A stretch of 64,000 nt of DNA from an uncultured bacterium (GTDB taxonomy: Bacteria; Hydrothermota; UBA3073; NMUJ01; CBEVQO01), in contig CBEVQO010000010.1 of NCBI GenBank assembly GCA_965552055.1, positions 1-64,000 on the forward strand, given 5' to 3'. Shown one piece after another: positions 19,763 to 29,958 of the stretch; within the stretch, counting starts at the first letter, position 1; the number at the start of each line of letters is the position of its first letter. The position numbers and the translations under genes were made by a program. Under the pieces are notes generated by a model. The model saw only the letters and a list, made by a program, of their open reading frames with translations. It was not told the DNA's origin and did no database searches.

Positions 19763-20185
19763 CTATAATTCTTTGTAACGCTCTTCAAAAAAGATATGGA
19801 AAAAAGATTTTAACACTTGTTTGGCTTCGTCCTTTGTAACCGCCGTTTCTATGCGAAGTACAGGAACATATCCTTTTTTCTTATTGTGTTGAATTATCCT
19901 TGTAAGTTCTGCTGATATGCATTTTAATATTTTTGCTGGAAGTTCTTCTGCATATTGGTTAATCAATTTATGCGGCTGTTTCAAACCAATACTAAAATAA
20001 GTAAGAAAAAGCTCGCCTTCCAGTTCCCTCACAGCCACACTTTCAAGGCTCATAGAGGATATAGAAAGTTCCCTTTCTTCTATCGAAAAAGTAATTAAAG
20101 GTATTTTCTTACCGCTTTTAATTAAAGGAGTGATAATTTTGTTTAAATATTCGTAAATCTCTTCAATAGCACCCTTAGATGACAT
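19763..20185 (-). CDS. Hypothetical protein
   Basis: 140-aa ORF packed within the operon; no motif recognised. Confidence 0.6.
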   Translation of the reverse strand: MSSKGAIEEIYEYLNKIITPLIKSGKKIPLITFSIEERELSISSMSLESVAVRELEGELFLTYFSIGLKQPHKLINQYAEELPAKILKCISAELTRIIQHNKKKGYVPVLRIETAVTKDEAKQVLKSFFHIFFEERYKEL

Positions 20186-20188
20186 AAT

Positions 20189-20743
20189 TCACAATCCTAA
20201 TTCATTTGAAATTCCTTTTAAAGCATTTAAACTAATTTCCAAAAATTCATCCAGATTTATCCCGAGTTTCTCACACAGCATTATATCTTCTCTTTTCACA
20301 TTTCTTGCGAAATCTTTTTGCTTAAATTTTTTCTTCAAAGAACTTACTTTTACTTCTTCAAGTTTTTTATTTGGCATGACCAGTGCAGTGGCTATTATGA
20401 GTCCCGAAACCTGGTCTGCTGCTCGCAAAGCATACGCTATTTTTTCTTCACATTTAAACCCGGTGAGCTCATTATGTGCTTTTATTGCATTTAAAGCAAT
20501 TTCTGGCAATAAACCTTTCAAAATATTTTCGGTGGATTCTATTCCGTGACGCTCAAAATTCCCTCCTACGATTTCATAATCAATATCATGAAGCAGACCG
20601 GTTAGTTCCCACAGATTTTCATCCTCTCCCATCTTTTGAGCTAAAGCCTTCATAATCACAGAAACCGCTAACATGTGCTTAAGCAATTTATCATTCTTAA
20701 CATATTCTTTTATCATTTTTAGCCCTTCCTCTCTATCAACCAT
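20189..20743 (-). CDS. HDIG-domain metal-dependent phosphohydrolase
   Basis: KHMLAV, GLLHDIDYE, KKFKQKDFARNV. Confidence 0.85.
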   Translation of the reverse strand: MVDREEGLKMIKEYVKNDKLLKHMLAVSVIMKALAQKMGEDENLWELTGLLHDIDYEIVGGNFERHGIESTENILKGLLPEIALNAIKAHNELTGFKCEEKIAYALRAADQVSGLIIATALVMPNKKLEEVKVSSLKKKFKQKDFARNVKREDIMLCEKLGINLDEFLEISLNALKGISNELGL

Positions 20744-22935
20744 TTTAACCTCCTGTTAAAAACTATCATGCAAATTATCAGTATAAGCGAAATTAAAGAT
20801 AAAATTCTTCCAATTTTATAAGTTTTTGGGTAATAAATCATTTTCAAAATATGTCTTCCTGCTGGAATTTCTACTGCTCTAAAAGTATAATCTGCTATTA
20901 AAATTTTAACGGGTTTATCATCTAAAAAAGCATACCACCCTGGAGCCCAGTTTTCAGAAAGCCATAATATCCCATTTTCAGAAGTATAAAGGGATAAAAT
21001 TATCTTTTCAGGTTCGTATTTTATAACCTTTATCCAGTTTTCACCGTGTTTCCCGTAATTTAACCGGGGTTCCTCCTCAAGTATCAGTTCATTTCTGTAA
21101 TCAAATTCATCCTGCGATAATGTTTTTAAAATCTCCGAAGTATCTTTCAAAACTCTATATTTGTAAAAGAATTTAAACCGTGGCATAAAATCTTTATTTA
21201 GTCCAAGATATATTCGCATATTTTGCGTATCCACAACGATTCTGTATTTTACATTGAGTAAATCGAGCTTCCTTTCTTTATCTATCTTAAAATTTGCATA
21301 CCTTTTCAGTTTGAGAGGGGTGAATCCTTCTATCAGCTCGATTCGGCTTATCAGACCCTGATTACGCCGTAAAATCATATATCCGCCAATCCTGGCATTT
21401 ACCCTGAAAAATTCTTTTCGCCTCTCTTTCTTCAAATATGAAACCAGAGCATCCTCCCTGAAAAATTTCTCAGCAGGTATCCTTGACACATGAAAATTAT
21501 GCGAAAACCACCACAGATCGAAATAACTCAAAACAAAAAGAGGAAGCCAGTAGTATTTCATTTTCTTTGCAAAATTTATAAAAATTATTCCCAAAGTTAG
21601 CATAAAAATGGCAAAAGTACTTTGGTTTATCATGTTATTGTATATTTTATCAATCCTTGTAAATTGATTCAAATTTCTGAAAGCTCCTGCTAACAGCAAT
21701 AAATAAAAAAGCCAACATATTGCAAGAAAAGCCCAAAGGTATTTTTTTGTTTTTTCTTTTAAATTCCTTAATTGTTGAAGTGCCATTCCTGCAAGTATAC
21801 TGGCACAAAAAATCGTAAGTACTATCATCCGTGAAGGACAACGGAATTTATTTAAACCAGGCAATATGTTATACAAAAGATTATAAAGAGGTGAATATCT
21901 GCCCATTGAAAGTAGCAAAAAGATACCGGCAGACAGATAAAGGAAATATCTAAACGAACGCCTTGATTCCCTTTTAAAAGATAAGAACGAAAGTATAAAA
22001 GGAATTATTCCAAAGAATACGCATGTCTCCCAAAAAGAGCCATAGAGCCTATCACCACCCCAAAAATAAACAGTATCGGTGCCTGTTGCAGTTTTACTGC
22101 CAAAAAGCTTCGGAACGATAAACAACAAAAACAAAGAAGGATGCAAAGAATTAGTAGTGCAAAATTTATAATCTACCTTTTGACGCACCGTATATTTAAC
22201 ATATTCAAACGCAGGTAAGTATTGAATTGCGGACATTAATCCACCCATTACAGCAAGCAAAATAAAAGAAATAAGATAGAATTTCCAGTTTTTAAGCCTT
22301 GTTAGAATTCTCCAGATAAAAAATAGGGTTAAAAAATAAAGCACATAAAGTGAAACTTGAGGAAAACCTACCAGCATCATCAATCCCACTCCCAAAGCTG
22401 CAATTGCAATAAATTTGAAGTTACGCTCCTCAAATCCCCTGTAAAGAAAATAGAAGTTAAAAGGCAACCAGCAAAATGTCTGCAAAATCGCCGCATTCAA
22501 TAACCTTAAAGATAAAAAACCACAAAACATAAATACACACGAAGAAAAAAGAGAATAGACAAAATCCATCTTCAAATATCTGCAAGACAGAAAAATGAAA
22601 AAACCGGCAAATAAAAGATGAAAAAGTAAAAGCCATTCAAAAGCATAAAAAGATAATTTGCTTTTTGTAAAAAGAATCAAAAACCAGTATGGTAGATAAA
22701 AAATGCCTGTCTCAACATCGCCAAGAAATGAATTGCCAGAAAAAATGTAAGAAGCCCACAAAGGAATTCTCAACTCTTTTAACGATGTAACAATATAATT
22801 AACTTGCGGATAAAAAAGATAAAGCGTATCCTCCCATAAAAAATACTTTTTTATGCAGATAGGAAAATGAAATATACAGAGCAAAACAAAAAGGATAATA
22901 AATGCTTTTAACTTTTCTTTTGCGACAAAGGACAT
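20719..22935 (-). CDS. YfhO-family membrane protein (GT-C-like)
   Basis: Multiple TMs, IPLWASYIFSG, FRCPSR, LSENWAPGWYAFLD...FRAVEIPAGRH. Confidence 0.8.
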   Translation of the reverse strand: MSFVAKEKLKAFIILFVLLCIFHFPICIKKYFLWEDTLYLFYPQVNYIVTSLKELRIPLWASYIFSGNSFLGDVETGIFYLPYWFLILFTKSKLSFYAFEWLLLFHLLFAGFFIFLSCRYLKMDFVYSLFSSCVFMFCGFLSLRLLNAAILQTFCWLPFNFYFLYRGFEERNFKFIAIAALGVGLMMLVGFPQVSLYVLYFLTLFFIWRILTRLKNWKFYLISFILLAVMGGLMSAIQYLPAFEYVKYTVRQKVDYKFCTTNSLHPSLFLLFIVPKLFGSKTATGTDTVYFWGGDRLYGSFWETCVFFGIIPFILSFLSFKRESRRSFRYFLYLSAGIFLLLSMGRYSPLYNLLYNILPGLNKFRCPSRMIVLTIFCASILAGMALQQLRNLKEKTKKYLWAFLAICWLFYLLLLAGAFRNLNQFTRIDKIYNNMINQSTFAIFMLTLGIIFINFAKKMKYYWLPLFVLSYFDLWWFSHNFHVSRIPAEKFFREDALVSYLKKERRKEFFRVNARIGGYMILRRNQGLISRIELIEGFTPLKLKRYANFKIDKERKLDLLNVKYRIVVDTQNMRIYLGLNKDFMPRFKFFYKYRVLKDTSEILKTLSQDEFDYRNELILEEEPRLNYGKHGENWIKVIKYEPEKIILSLYTSENGILWLSENWAPGWYAFLDDKPVKILIADYTFRAVEIPAGRHILKMIYYPKTYKIGRILSLISLILIICMIVFNRRLKWLIERKG

Positions 22936-23129
22936 TGCGAACAAGTTTGAGAAGTACAGGTAGAACACGCATTCCCCTTACTTACCCCCAGAATATTAAT
23001 ACCTCCGTAAACCCTCTTTAAATTTTTGCTTCCACATTTTATGCATTTAACTTTATCGCGCTGGGACATAGGAACATCTATTTCAAATCTTTCTTTACAG
23101 TCCTCACATATAAACTCATATATCGGCAT
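22908..23129 (-). CDS. FmdB-family zinc-ribbon protein
   Basis: MPIYEFICEDC...CIKCGS plus C-terminal CxxCxxxxCxxC. Confidence 0.85.
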   Translation of the reverse strand: MPIYEFICEDCKERFEIDVPMSQRDKVKCIKCGSKNLKRVYGGINILGVSKGNACSTCTSQTCSQCPLSQKKS

Positions 23130-23514
23130 GTTTGATGAATTTTCCTTTCGCTTCTGCAATTATTCTTTCACCTGCTTTCACTACTGCCTCACCTATCGCT
23201 AATCTGCCTTTTTCCTTCACTACCTTGCCGTAAATCTGCACCCTCTCACCAATCTTTAAGGGATTCCTGAACCTCACCTCAAGATGCGCGGTAAATGCAT
23301 CATAACCCCTTATCCTGCATGCCCAGGCTATCGCTTCATCTAACAAAGTAATCACAATTCCTCCATGAGTTATACCAGGATACCCCTGATGATATTCATT
23401 TGGAGTGAATTCTGCAAGGACACCCCCTTCGTGTTCTTTGAACGAAAGTTTCAATCCTATTTTGTTTGCCTTACCACATGCAAAACACATATTTTCAGCA
23501 GTATACGGCATCAT
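23116..23514 (-). CDS. PaaI-family thioesterase
   Basis: CFACGKANKIGL, HQGYPGITHGG...LLDEA. Confidence 0.9.
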   Translation of the reverse strand: MMPYTAENMCFACGKANKIGLKLSFKEHEGGVLAEFTPNEYHQGYPGITHGGIVITLLDEAIAWACRIRGYDAFTAHLEVRFRNPLKIGERVQIYGKVVKEKGRLAIGEAVVKAGERIIAEAKGKFIKHADI

Positions 23515-25370
23515 AACTTTATTAATTTACCGGTAAATTTGCTTACACCACACTTTATGATATAAAAATAAACACCAGATTTTAAATCTTCGCCTATTTT
23601 TATCGCACCTTCTTTTATCTTTACTTCTTTTAACATTCGACCCGTGCAATCGTAAATCCTGATGAAATTATCACCAGAGCGATTTAGATAAAGAGTTGCA
23701 TAATTTGTAAAAGGATTTGGATAAATCTTAAAAATATTTTCATTTTCTTCGGATAACGACTGCAGATTAAGATAAACTTTCCACAGCGCAGTATCCGATA
23801 ACTCACCATCAGAAACAATAACACTGACATACATAGAAGTATCAACATAAATAAAGATTGAAGAATCGCCATAAATTTCATTTCCCTTAAATTTCCATAG
23901 ATAACTTAAACTATCTCTATCAGGGTCTATTGCATTTACCAGAAATTCAATCGTATCTTTTTGATTTAAACTGCACACAGGAGAAGGATATACAGATTTG
24001 ATTACAGGTTTATCGTTTATCTCATACAGCAAAACCCTTAAAGTATCGTTTCCTCTTATAGTATCATATTGAAACAATGAATAAACTTTTATCTCATAAT
24101 TTGTGCGACTATAAGGACAGAGCCACTTACCAAAATCAAGCAAAAATGTATCATAATTTTGATGAGTAATCGAATATGAAGTGAGTAAAGAAGTATCTTT
24201 TGAAATTATCTCACATCCAAAAGGTAAATTTTTACCAAATAAACTTCTGAAAGTAAAACTAAATTTTAATTCATAACTTGAATCAAGTTTTACGGTGCAT
24301 GGCAAAAAGTGATTTAACAGCTTCACATCTTTCCTCTTTATCAATGTAAAAGTATCTATCAAAAATGTATCAAAAGATGTTGTATCCATACCGATTGTTT
24401 TACATGTTAATTTCAGATTTTCTATCTTCAACACTAAATAATGATAATTTTTGGAGCTAACAGCTGTCCATGGTGAATCGGCAGGCGTATGCAAAGGTGC
24501 ACCTCCACCTCCCGTTGTTATGTAAACGACACCATTTATCTTCTTTGTACGCATATAAATATGATTATGACCATTGAATACAATATCTACTTTATTTGCA
24601 AAAAGAGGACACCAAACTTTACGAATGGTCATATCACAACCATGTGAACTGCTGGCAGAATAAGGGGGACGATGAAAATAAACAAAAATCCAGTCAATTG
24701 ATAAATCCTGGATAGCAGAAGATAAAACCTCTTTTAAAAAGAGATATTGAGAAGAAAGTGTGTCCGATAAATTCGGGTCTTCACTATTTAAAGAAATAAA
24801 CAGGGAATTAAGATATTTGAAGCGATAAAACCATTCTGTATCTGGTAGCGCAAAAATAGAAATATATTGAGTGTAGGGAGATTCATGATTGCCAATCGCC
24901 GGCATAAAAGGAATGGATGAAGAAAAAGTATCAATTATTGAAAAAAGCGAATCCCACTCCAAAATATTACTTCCACTCGAGACAAGGTCACCTGTATGCA
25001 ACACAAAATCAAAATCTTCTTTTATGAAATTTTCAACAAGTTTCTTATGAAGTGAGAAACGAGAACGACTATCACCGTAAGACAAAAACGAAAAAGAAAA
25101 ACCAGTATCAGGTGGAGTTTTAAAGCCATAAATTTTATCACCTATTTTGTAATAATAAAAAGTAGAAGGAGATAAGCCACTTATCTTTACATGATGAAGG
25201 GTATCGGAAATCCCAAGATTTATGGTATCAAAATCAAGGGTATCTGCACCGAAAAGCAAAGATGTAGTTTCAAAAGTATCCGTCTTCCACGAAATATAAA
25301 TGGAATTGATAGAATCGGCAAAAGATAAATAAGGTTGCCATTTAATCCCCATAATTAATAATACAATCAT
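23511..25370 (-). CDS. Purple-acid-phosphatase-like metallophosphoesterase with T9SS-type C-terminal domain
   Basis: YGDSR, HTGDLV, GNHE, GHNH; IYPNPF...IYDCTGR...SGVYF. Confidence 0.85.
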   Translation of the reverse strand: MIVLLIMGIKWQPYLSFADSINSIYISWKTDTFETTSLLFGADTLDFDTINLGISDTLHHVKISGLSPSTFYYYKIGDKIYGFKTPPDTGFSFSFLSYGDSRSRFSLHKKLVENFIKEDFDFVLHTGDLVSSGSNILEWDSLFSIIDTFSSSIPFMPAIGNHESPYTQYISIFALPDTEWFYRFKYLNSLFISLNSEDPNLSDTLSSQYLFLKEVLSSAIQDLSIDWIFVYFHRPPYSASSSHGCDMTIRKVWCPLFANKVDIVFNGHNHIYMRTKKINGVVYITTGGGGAPLHTPADSPWTAVSSKNYHYLVLKIENLKLTCKTIGMDTTSFDTFLIDTFTLIKRKDVKLLNHFLPCTVKLDSSYELKFSFTFRSLFGKNLPFGCEIISKDTSLLTSYSITHQNYDTFLLDFGKWLCPYSRTNYEIKVYSLFQYDTIRGNDTLRVLLYEINDKPVIKSVYPSPVCSLNQKDTIEFLVNAIDPDRDSLSYLWKFKGNEIYGDSSIFIYVDTSMYVSVIVSDGELSDTALWKVYLNLQSLSEENENIFKIYPNPFTNYATLYLNRSGDNFIRIYDCTGRMLKEVKIKEGAIKIGEDLKSGVYFYIIKCGVSKFTGKLIKL

Positions 25371-26197
25371 TTAAGAGTTACTTTTAGTGTATAAGGTTTT
25401 GTTACATGAGAGGGCAAATCTTCTCCCTTTCCATACCATGAAAGAGATAAGAATGGTCTCACTTTTATGAAATAATCACCTGATTCAACTTCACGAGTAA
25501 GGGTAATGCTTGCACCACATGTTGATTCATAAGTATAAGCGATTTCAGCACCGTTTGCATCATAAAGATGCACTTCGATTGCAACATCATCAGGAACATC
25601 TTCCACCCTGACATATAGCGTGCCGGAAGCAGTTTTGAAACTAAAGCAATCCGCATAATCTTCAAGAGATGAGGGCTCACCTGCAAACATATAAGGATGA
25701 TAAGTGCTGTCAATTTCAATCGGAGTAGCTTCGCTAAGATTATCGTTGGGCTCATAGGGGTCAGGAACTTCTATGTATGAAACACTGAAAGTATAAGATT
25801 TTGAGCTCAGTTCCTCTGTCCAGCCTCCCCATGCTTCAACGAGCGCATAATAAAATGTGCCCGATTTAACAGCCAGCCAGATGTGAAGATTTGCACCCTC
25901 CGTTGGCTCATACGCATCAGCAACTTTTACCCTATCGTGATTGTATATTTTAAGCGAGGGCTCCATTGGAAATGGTTCAAGCGAGAAGATAAGAACACTG
26001 CCATGCACAGGAAGAGAATCCGTCGGAATAAGGAAATAATCTTTGTCATCTCTCTCCGAAATATAAGCCTTTACCGATTGACCGGGATAAATCTTATACG
26101 CTGAGTCCATGTCATCATTGGGCTCGGTAGGGTCCTTTTTAACGAATTCGCATCCGAGAACCCCAAAAAGAATGAAGGTAAAAAACAAATACCTCAT
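25367..26197 (-). CDS. Lipoprotein with two PPC-like beta-sandwich domains
   Basis: VLGC lipobox; DPTEPND/DPYEPND duplicated units. Confidence 0.7.
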   Translation of the reverse strand: MRYLFFTFILFGVLGCEFVKKDPTEPNDDMDSAYKIYPGQSVKAYISERDDKDYFLIPTDSLPVHGSVLIFSLEPFPMEPSLKIYNHDRVKVADAYEPTEGANLHIWLAVKSGTFYYALVEAWGGWTEELSSKSYTFSVSYIEVPDPYEPNDNLSEATPIEIDSTYHPYMFAGEPSSLEDYADCFSFKTASGTLYVRVEDVPDDVAIEVHLYDANGAEIAYTYESTCGASITLTREVESGDYFIKVRPFLSLSWYGKGEDLPSHVTKPYTLKVTLK

Positions 26198-26253
26198 AGC
26201 CCCTCCTTTTATTCATTATAATGAAACCTCATGGTTGTCAACATTTTTTATTT

Positions 26254-26316
26254 TTAGCCCCGCCTTCCTGTCCCCACCGCCCTCACAACCCATATGTAAT
26301 GCACTCGCTTCGCTCG
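26254..26316 (+). repeat. Dispersed GC-rich intergenic element, copy 1
   Basis: ttagccccgcc..tgtccccacc..caaccc.tatgtaa..ctcgcttcgctcg shared with 29670-29837. Confidence 0.7.
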
Positions 26317-26413
26317 TAATAAATTACTTGACATTTCCCATTATTAATTATACAATTATGATGCAAACTCTAACCTATAAAATGGTAAAGGAAGGAAAAA
26401 ATTCACTGTAAAA

Positions 26414-26680
26414 ATGGAACCCAGAAGGAATAATAAGATTATAAATGCTTTCATGAAATGGTATAATAAAAAGCATAATAAGAAAACAAAAGTATTATGG
26501 ATAATTCTTGGTGGCGGTATATTTATCTTTGGAATTCCACTTTTGATTATAGTATGGTGTCAATTCAAAATAGGAAAAGGAACTCCTGTACTTCTCCAGC
26601 CAAATTCGGCAAACACCATATTTGCGGCTCTCCTAGCTCATAGTAAAAATTTTAACAATAAATCAAAAATTTTAACATAA
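26414..26680 (+). pseudogene. Deleted/truncated remnant of an isoprenylcysteine carboxyl methyltransferase-like membrane gene
   Basis: First TM joined directly to WCQFKIGKGTPV; the downstream GPY..RNPM motif is missing and the tail runs into AT repeats. Confidence 0.5.
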
Positions 26681-26740
26681 ATCTTAAAAAATTTAACAAA
26701 AAATTTAAAAATTTTAACAAAATTATTAAAATTTTAAACT
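26645..26740 (+). repeat. Five phased AAAAATTTTAACA-like repeats upstream of the nrdD promoter
   Basis: Starts at 26645, 26665, 26686, 26707, 26728. Confidence 0.75.
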
Positions 26741-26834
26741 GCACCAAAATTCGCTCGAATAAATTTTAAAAATTTCATTGACATCTGGAAGATAAGCATA
26801 AATTTTAAGAGTGATATTTTAAGGGGAGGGTAAA

Positions 26835-28901
26835 ATGGCAATTAAAGAAATTAGAAAACGCGATGGCAGGGTTGTTCCTTTTGATAAGACAAAGATTGCA
26901 AATGCTATTTTTAAGGCTGCAAAAGCAGTTGGTGGAAAGGATTATAACCTTGCTATGCGCCTGGCTGATAAAGTCGTTGAATTGCTCGAAAAACAGGTAA
27001 AAAACAGAATCCCCAGTGTCGAAGAAGTGCAGGACCTTGTTGAAAAGGTGCTTATTGAGGAAGGACACGCTAAAACCGCAAAAGCATACATCCTTTATAG
27101 AGAACAGCATAGAAGAATTAGAAACATCAGGGAGATAATTCTTGATGTGCAGAATGTTGTTGATGGATATTTGATGCACACCGACTGGAGGTCCCGTGAG
27201 AACGCAAATATGGATTTTTCAATGTCAGGACTTATGATGCATGCTGCGAGCTCCGTTATCGCCCGTTATGTGCTCGATGCCGTTTATCCACGCGAAGTAG
27301 CAGATGCACATATCAGAGGCGACCTACACATTCATGACCTCGGTATGGGACTATGTGGATACTGCGCTGGATGGAGTTTGCGCCAACTGCTTGCAGAGGG
27401 GTTTAACGGCGTACCACGCAAAGTAGAAGCAGCACCACCCCGTCACTTTGATACCGCACTAGGACAAATGGTAAATTTCCTCGGTACTTTGCAAAACGAA
27501 TGGGCAGGAGCAATGGCATTCTCATCTTTTGACACTTATCTTGCACCATTTGTCAGAAAAGATAGGTTAACTTATTCACAGGTAAAACAGGCAATTCAAA
27601 AATTTATCTTTTCTGTGAATGTAGCATCAAGATGGGGTGGTCAAACTCCCTTTGTAAACCTCACGCTTGACATAGTGCCACCGGAAGACCTCGCTGATGA
27701 CTGGGTAACGATTGATGGAGAATACAAATCAACTTTTGGGAAATATGGAGATTTTGTGGAAGAAATGAGGATGATTAACAGAGCATTCATAGAGGTATTG
27801 ATGGAAGGGGACAAATCTGGTAGGGTTTTCACTTTCCCAATTCCTACTTATAACATCACAAAAGATTTTCCATGGGATGATGAAATCGTTGACCTTCTCT
27901 TTCAGATGACAGCAAAATACGGTTTGCCTTATTTTGCCAATTTCGTAAATAGCGATTTGAAGCCAACGGATATAAGGTCGATGTGCTGTCATCTGCGTCT
28001 TGATTTGCGTGAACTACAGCGAAATGTAACATCAGGACTATTTGGCTCAGCAGAATGCACAGGTTCTGTTGGTGTAGTAACAATCAATATGCCGCGCATA
28101 GGATACTTATCGGAAGACAAAGAAGAATTTTTCGCAAGATTAGAATATCTGATGGATATTGCAAAAACAGCATTGGAAGTTAAGAGAGAAGTAGTTGAAA
28201 AGAATATAGAAGCAGGATTGTTGCCTTACACAAAGCGTTATCTCGGCAATTTAAACAACCATTTCTCAACAATAGGTCTTGTTGGTATGAATGAAGCATG
28301 TCTCAACTTTATGGGTAAAGATTTGGGCGACCCAGAAGCCCGTAAATTCGCAGTCGAAGTGCTCGATTTTATGCTCGAAAAATTAAAAGATTATCAGGAA
28401 GAAACAGGGCATCTCTACAACCTTGAAGCAACACCAGCAGAAGCAGCATCTTATAGATTGGCACGACTTGACAAAAAGTATTATCCTGATATTATAACGG
28501 CAGGAGAAAATGTGCCTTATTACACAAACTCAACGATGCTACCAGTAAATTATACGGACGATGTATTCGAACTCTTTGAATTGCAGGAAGAACTCCAGAC
28601 AAAATACACAGGTGGAACAGTTTTACATGTTTTCCTTGGTGAAGAAATAGACCCCAAAGTTTGTAAAAACCTCGTAAGGAAATTATGCGAAAATTATAGG
28701 GTGCCATATTTTACGATAACACCTACATTTTCGATTTGCCCTGACCACGGGTATCTGCGCGGCAAACACGAAGTATGTCCAAAGTGTGGAAAACCTGCAG
28801 AAGTTTATTCAAGGGTGGTGGGATATTACAGACCCGTGCAAAACTGGAATGACGGCAAATTAGAAGAATTCAGACAGAGAAAAGTAATAAAAGTCAGATA
28901 A
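26835..28901 (+). CDS. nrdD: Anaerobic (class III) ribonucleoside-triphosphate reductase with ATP cone
   Basis: ATP cone KRDGRVVPFD, HIHDL, SMCC, LEATPAE, YSRVVGYYRPV glycyl loop. Confidence 0.95.
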   Translation: MAIKEIRKRDGRVVPFDKTKIANAIFKAAKAVGGKDYNLAMRLADKVVELLEKQVKNRIPSVEEVQDLVEKVLIEEGHAKTAKAYILYREQHRRIRNIREIILDVQNVVDGYLMHTDWRSRENANMDFSMSGLMMHAASSVIARYVLDAVYPREVADAHIRGDLHIHDLGMGLCGYCAGWSLRQLLAEGFNGVPRKVEAAPPRHFDTALGQMVNFLGTLQNEWAGAMAFSSFDTYLAPFVRKDRLTYSQVKQAIQKFIFSVNVASRWGGQTPFVNLTLDIVPPEDLADDWVTIDGEYKSTFGKYGDFVEEMRMINRAFIEVLMEGDKSGRVFTFPIPTYNITKDFPWDDEIVDLLFQMTAKYGLPYFANFVNSDLKPTDIRSMCCHLRLDLRELQRNVTSGLFGSAECTGSVGVVTINMPRIGYLSEDKEEFFARLEYLMDIAKTALEVKREVVEKNIEAGLLPYTKRYLGNLNNHFSTIGLVGMNEACLNFMGKDLGDPEARKFAVEVLDFMLEKLKDYQEETGHLYNLEATPAEAASYRLARLDKKYYPDIITAGENVPYYTNSTMLPVNYTDDVFELFELQEELQTKYTGGTVLHVFLGEEIDPKVCKNLVRKLCENYRVPYFTITPTFSICPDHGYLRGKHEVCPKCGKPAEVYSRVVGYYRPVQNWNDGKLEEFRQRKVIKVR

Positions 28902-28904
28902 TTA

Positions 28905-29285
28905 ATGCAAATAGAAGAAAAAATCAAAGAATTTTTTAAAAGATACGACTTTGTAGAGCTCGTTTATTTATTTGGTTCACTGGCAAAGGGCAAATCAACG
29001 GAAAAAAGCGATGTTGACATAGCGGTATTGTTGCCACATTATTTCGACAAAATAAAATGCTTCAAATTACAGATAGAATTTATTGGTAAACTCTGTTTAA
29101 TCTTAAAAAGAAATGATGTTGATGTGGTAATCTTAAACATTGCTCCGCCCCTTCTAAAATACATTGTTGCGACTACCGGGAAGGTAATTTATGAAAAGAA
29201 AAAAGGATTAAATCACGATTTTTTCTGCAAGGCATTAAACGAATATTTTGATTACAAAATCACAATGAAATACTATGGAAAATGA
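28905..29285 (+). CDS. mntA: Minimal nucleotidyltransferase antitoxin (type VII TA)
   Basis: YLFGSLAKGKSTEKSDVDIAV (GS-X10-DXD). Confidence 0.85.
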   Translation: MQIEEKIKEFFKRYDFVELVYLFGSLAKGKSTEKSDVDIAVLLPHYFDKIKCFKLQIEFIGKLCLILKRNDVDVVILNIAPPLLKYIVATTGKVIYEKKKGLNHDFFCKALNEYFDYKITMKYYGK

Positions 29286-29673
29286 AGTTATAAAAAGATT
29301 AAAAGAACTTTTTTATGAGCAATACGAAAAGTTATGTGAAATAACAAAGCATTCCAGAGAAGAATATCTGAAAGATAAAGACCTGCAGGCAATTTGTGAG
29401 CGCAAACTACAGGTAAGTATTCAGATTTGCATAGACATGGCAAATAGATTGATAAGTTTAAACAAATGGGAAAAACCAGAATCATATGCAGAGGCATTTG
29501 AAGTGTTATACAGGCACAATGTTATCGATAAAAATATGTTTAATGCAATGGCAAAATTTGCAGGGTTAAGAAATTTACTGGTGCACGGATATGCAAAAAT
29601 AATGCAGGAAGCACTTTATGATACTATAAAAAATGACTTAAAATATTTAAAAAATTTTGTCGATAATTTTTAG
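29275..29673 (+). CDS. hepT: HEPN (DUF86) ribonuclease toxin
   Basis: RNLLVHGY (R-X4-H-X-Y); overlaps the MNT gene. Confidence 0.85.
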   Translation: MENEVIKRLKELFYEQYEKLCEITKHSREEYLKDKDLQAICERKLQVSIQICIDMANRLISLNKWEKPESYAEAFEVLYRHNVIDKNMFNAMAKFAGLRNLLVHGYAKIMQEALYDTIKNDLKYLKNFVDNF

Positions 29674-29837
29674 CCCCGCCTCCGCTGTCCCCACCTTCCC
29701 GATTAAGTCAGCCCACTACTATCGCTAAAAATACGCAGTCAGCAGATAAAGTCAAAACCCCTGCCATAACCCACATCACCGTAATGGGCTGACATATCAA
29801 CCCTTATGTAACATGCTCGCTTCCGCTCGCATTACAT
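29670..29837 (+). repeat. Dispersed intergenic element, copy 2, with an internal segment bounded by 13-bp inverted repeats
   Basis: gtcagcccactac 29707-19 / gtaatgggctgac 29781-93; flanks match 26254-26316. Confidence 0.7.
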
Positions 29838-29886
29838 CAAAAATTTTTGGCTTGACAAAATCAAAAATTGACTATCTTATTATGTG

Positions 29887-29958
29887 GGCCCCATGGTCTA
29901 ACGGCTAGGACGCCAGATTCTCAGTCTGGAGGTCGGGGTTCAAATCCCCGTGGGGCCA
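29887..29958 (+). tRNA. tRNA-Glu (CTC); CCA not encoded
   Basis: ggcccca/tggggcc acceptor; ccaga-ttCTCag-tctgg. Confidence 0.92.

Noticed and set aside
26645..26740. Phased repeats as mini-CRISPR or oriC
   Set aside because: Period of about 21 bp is too short for repeat-spacer units; no DnaA boxes or dnaA seen nearby
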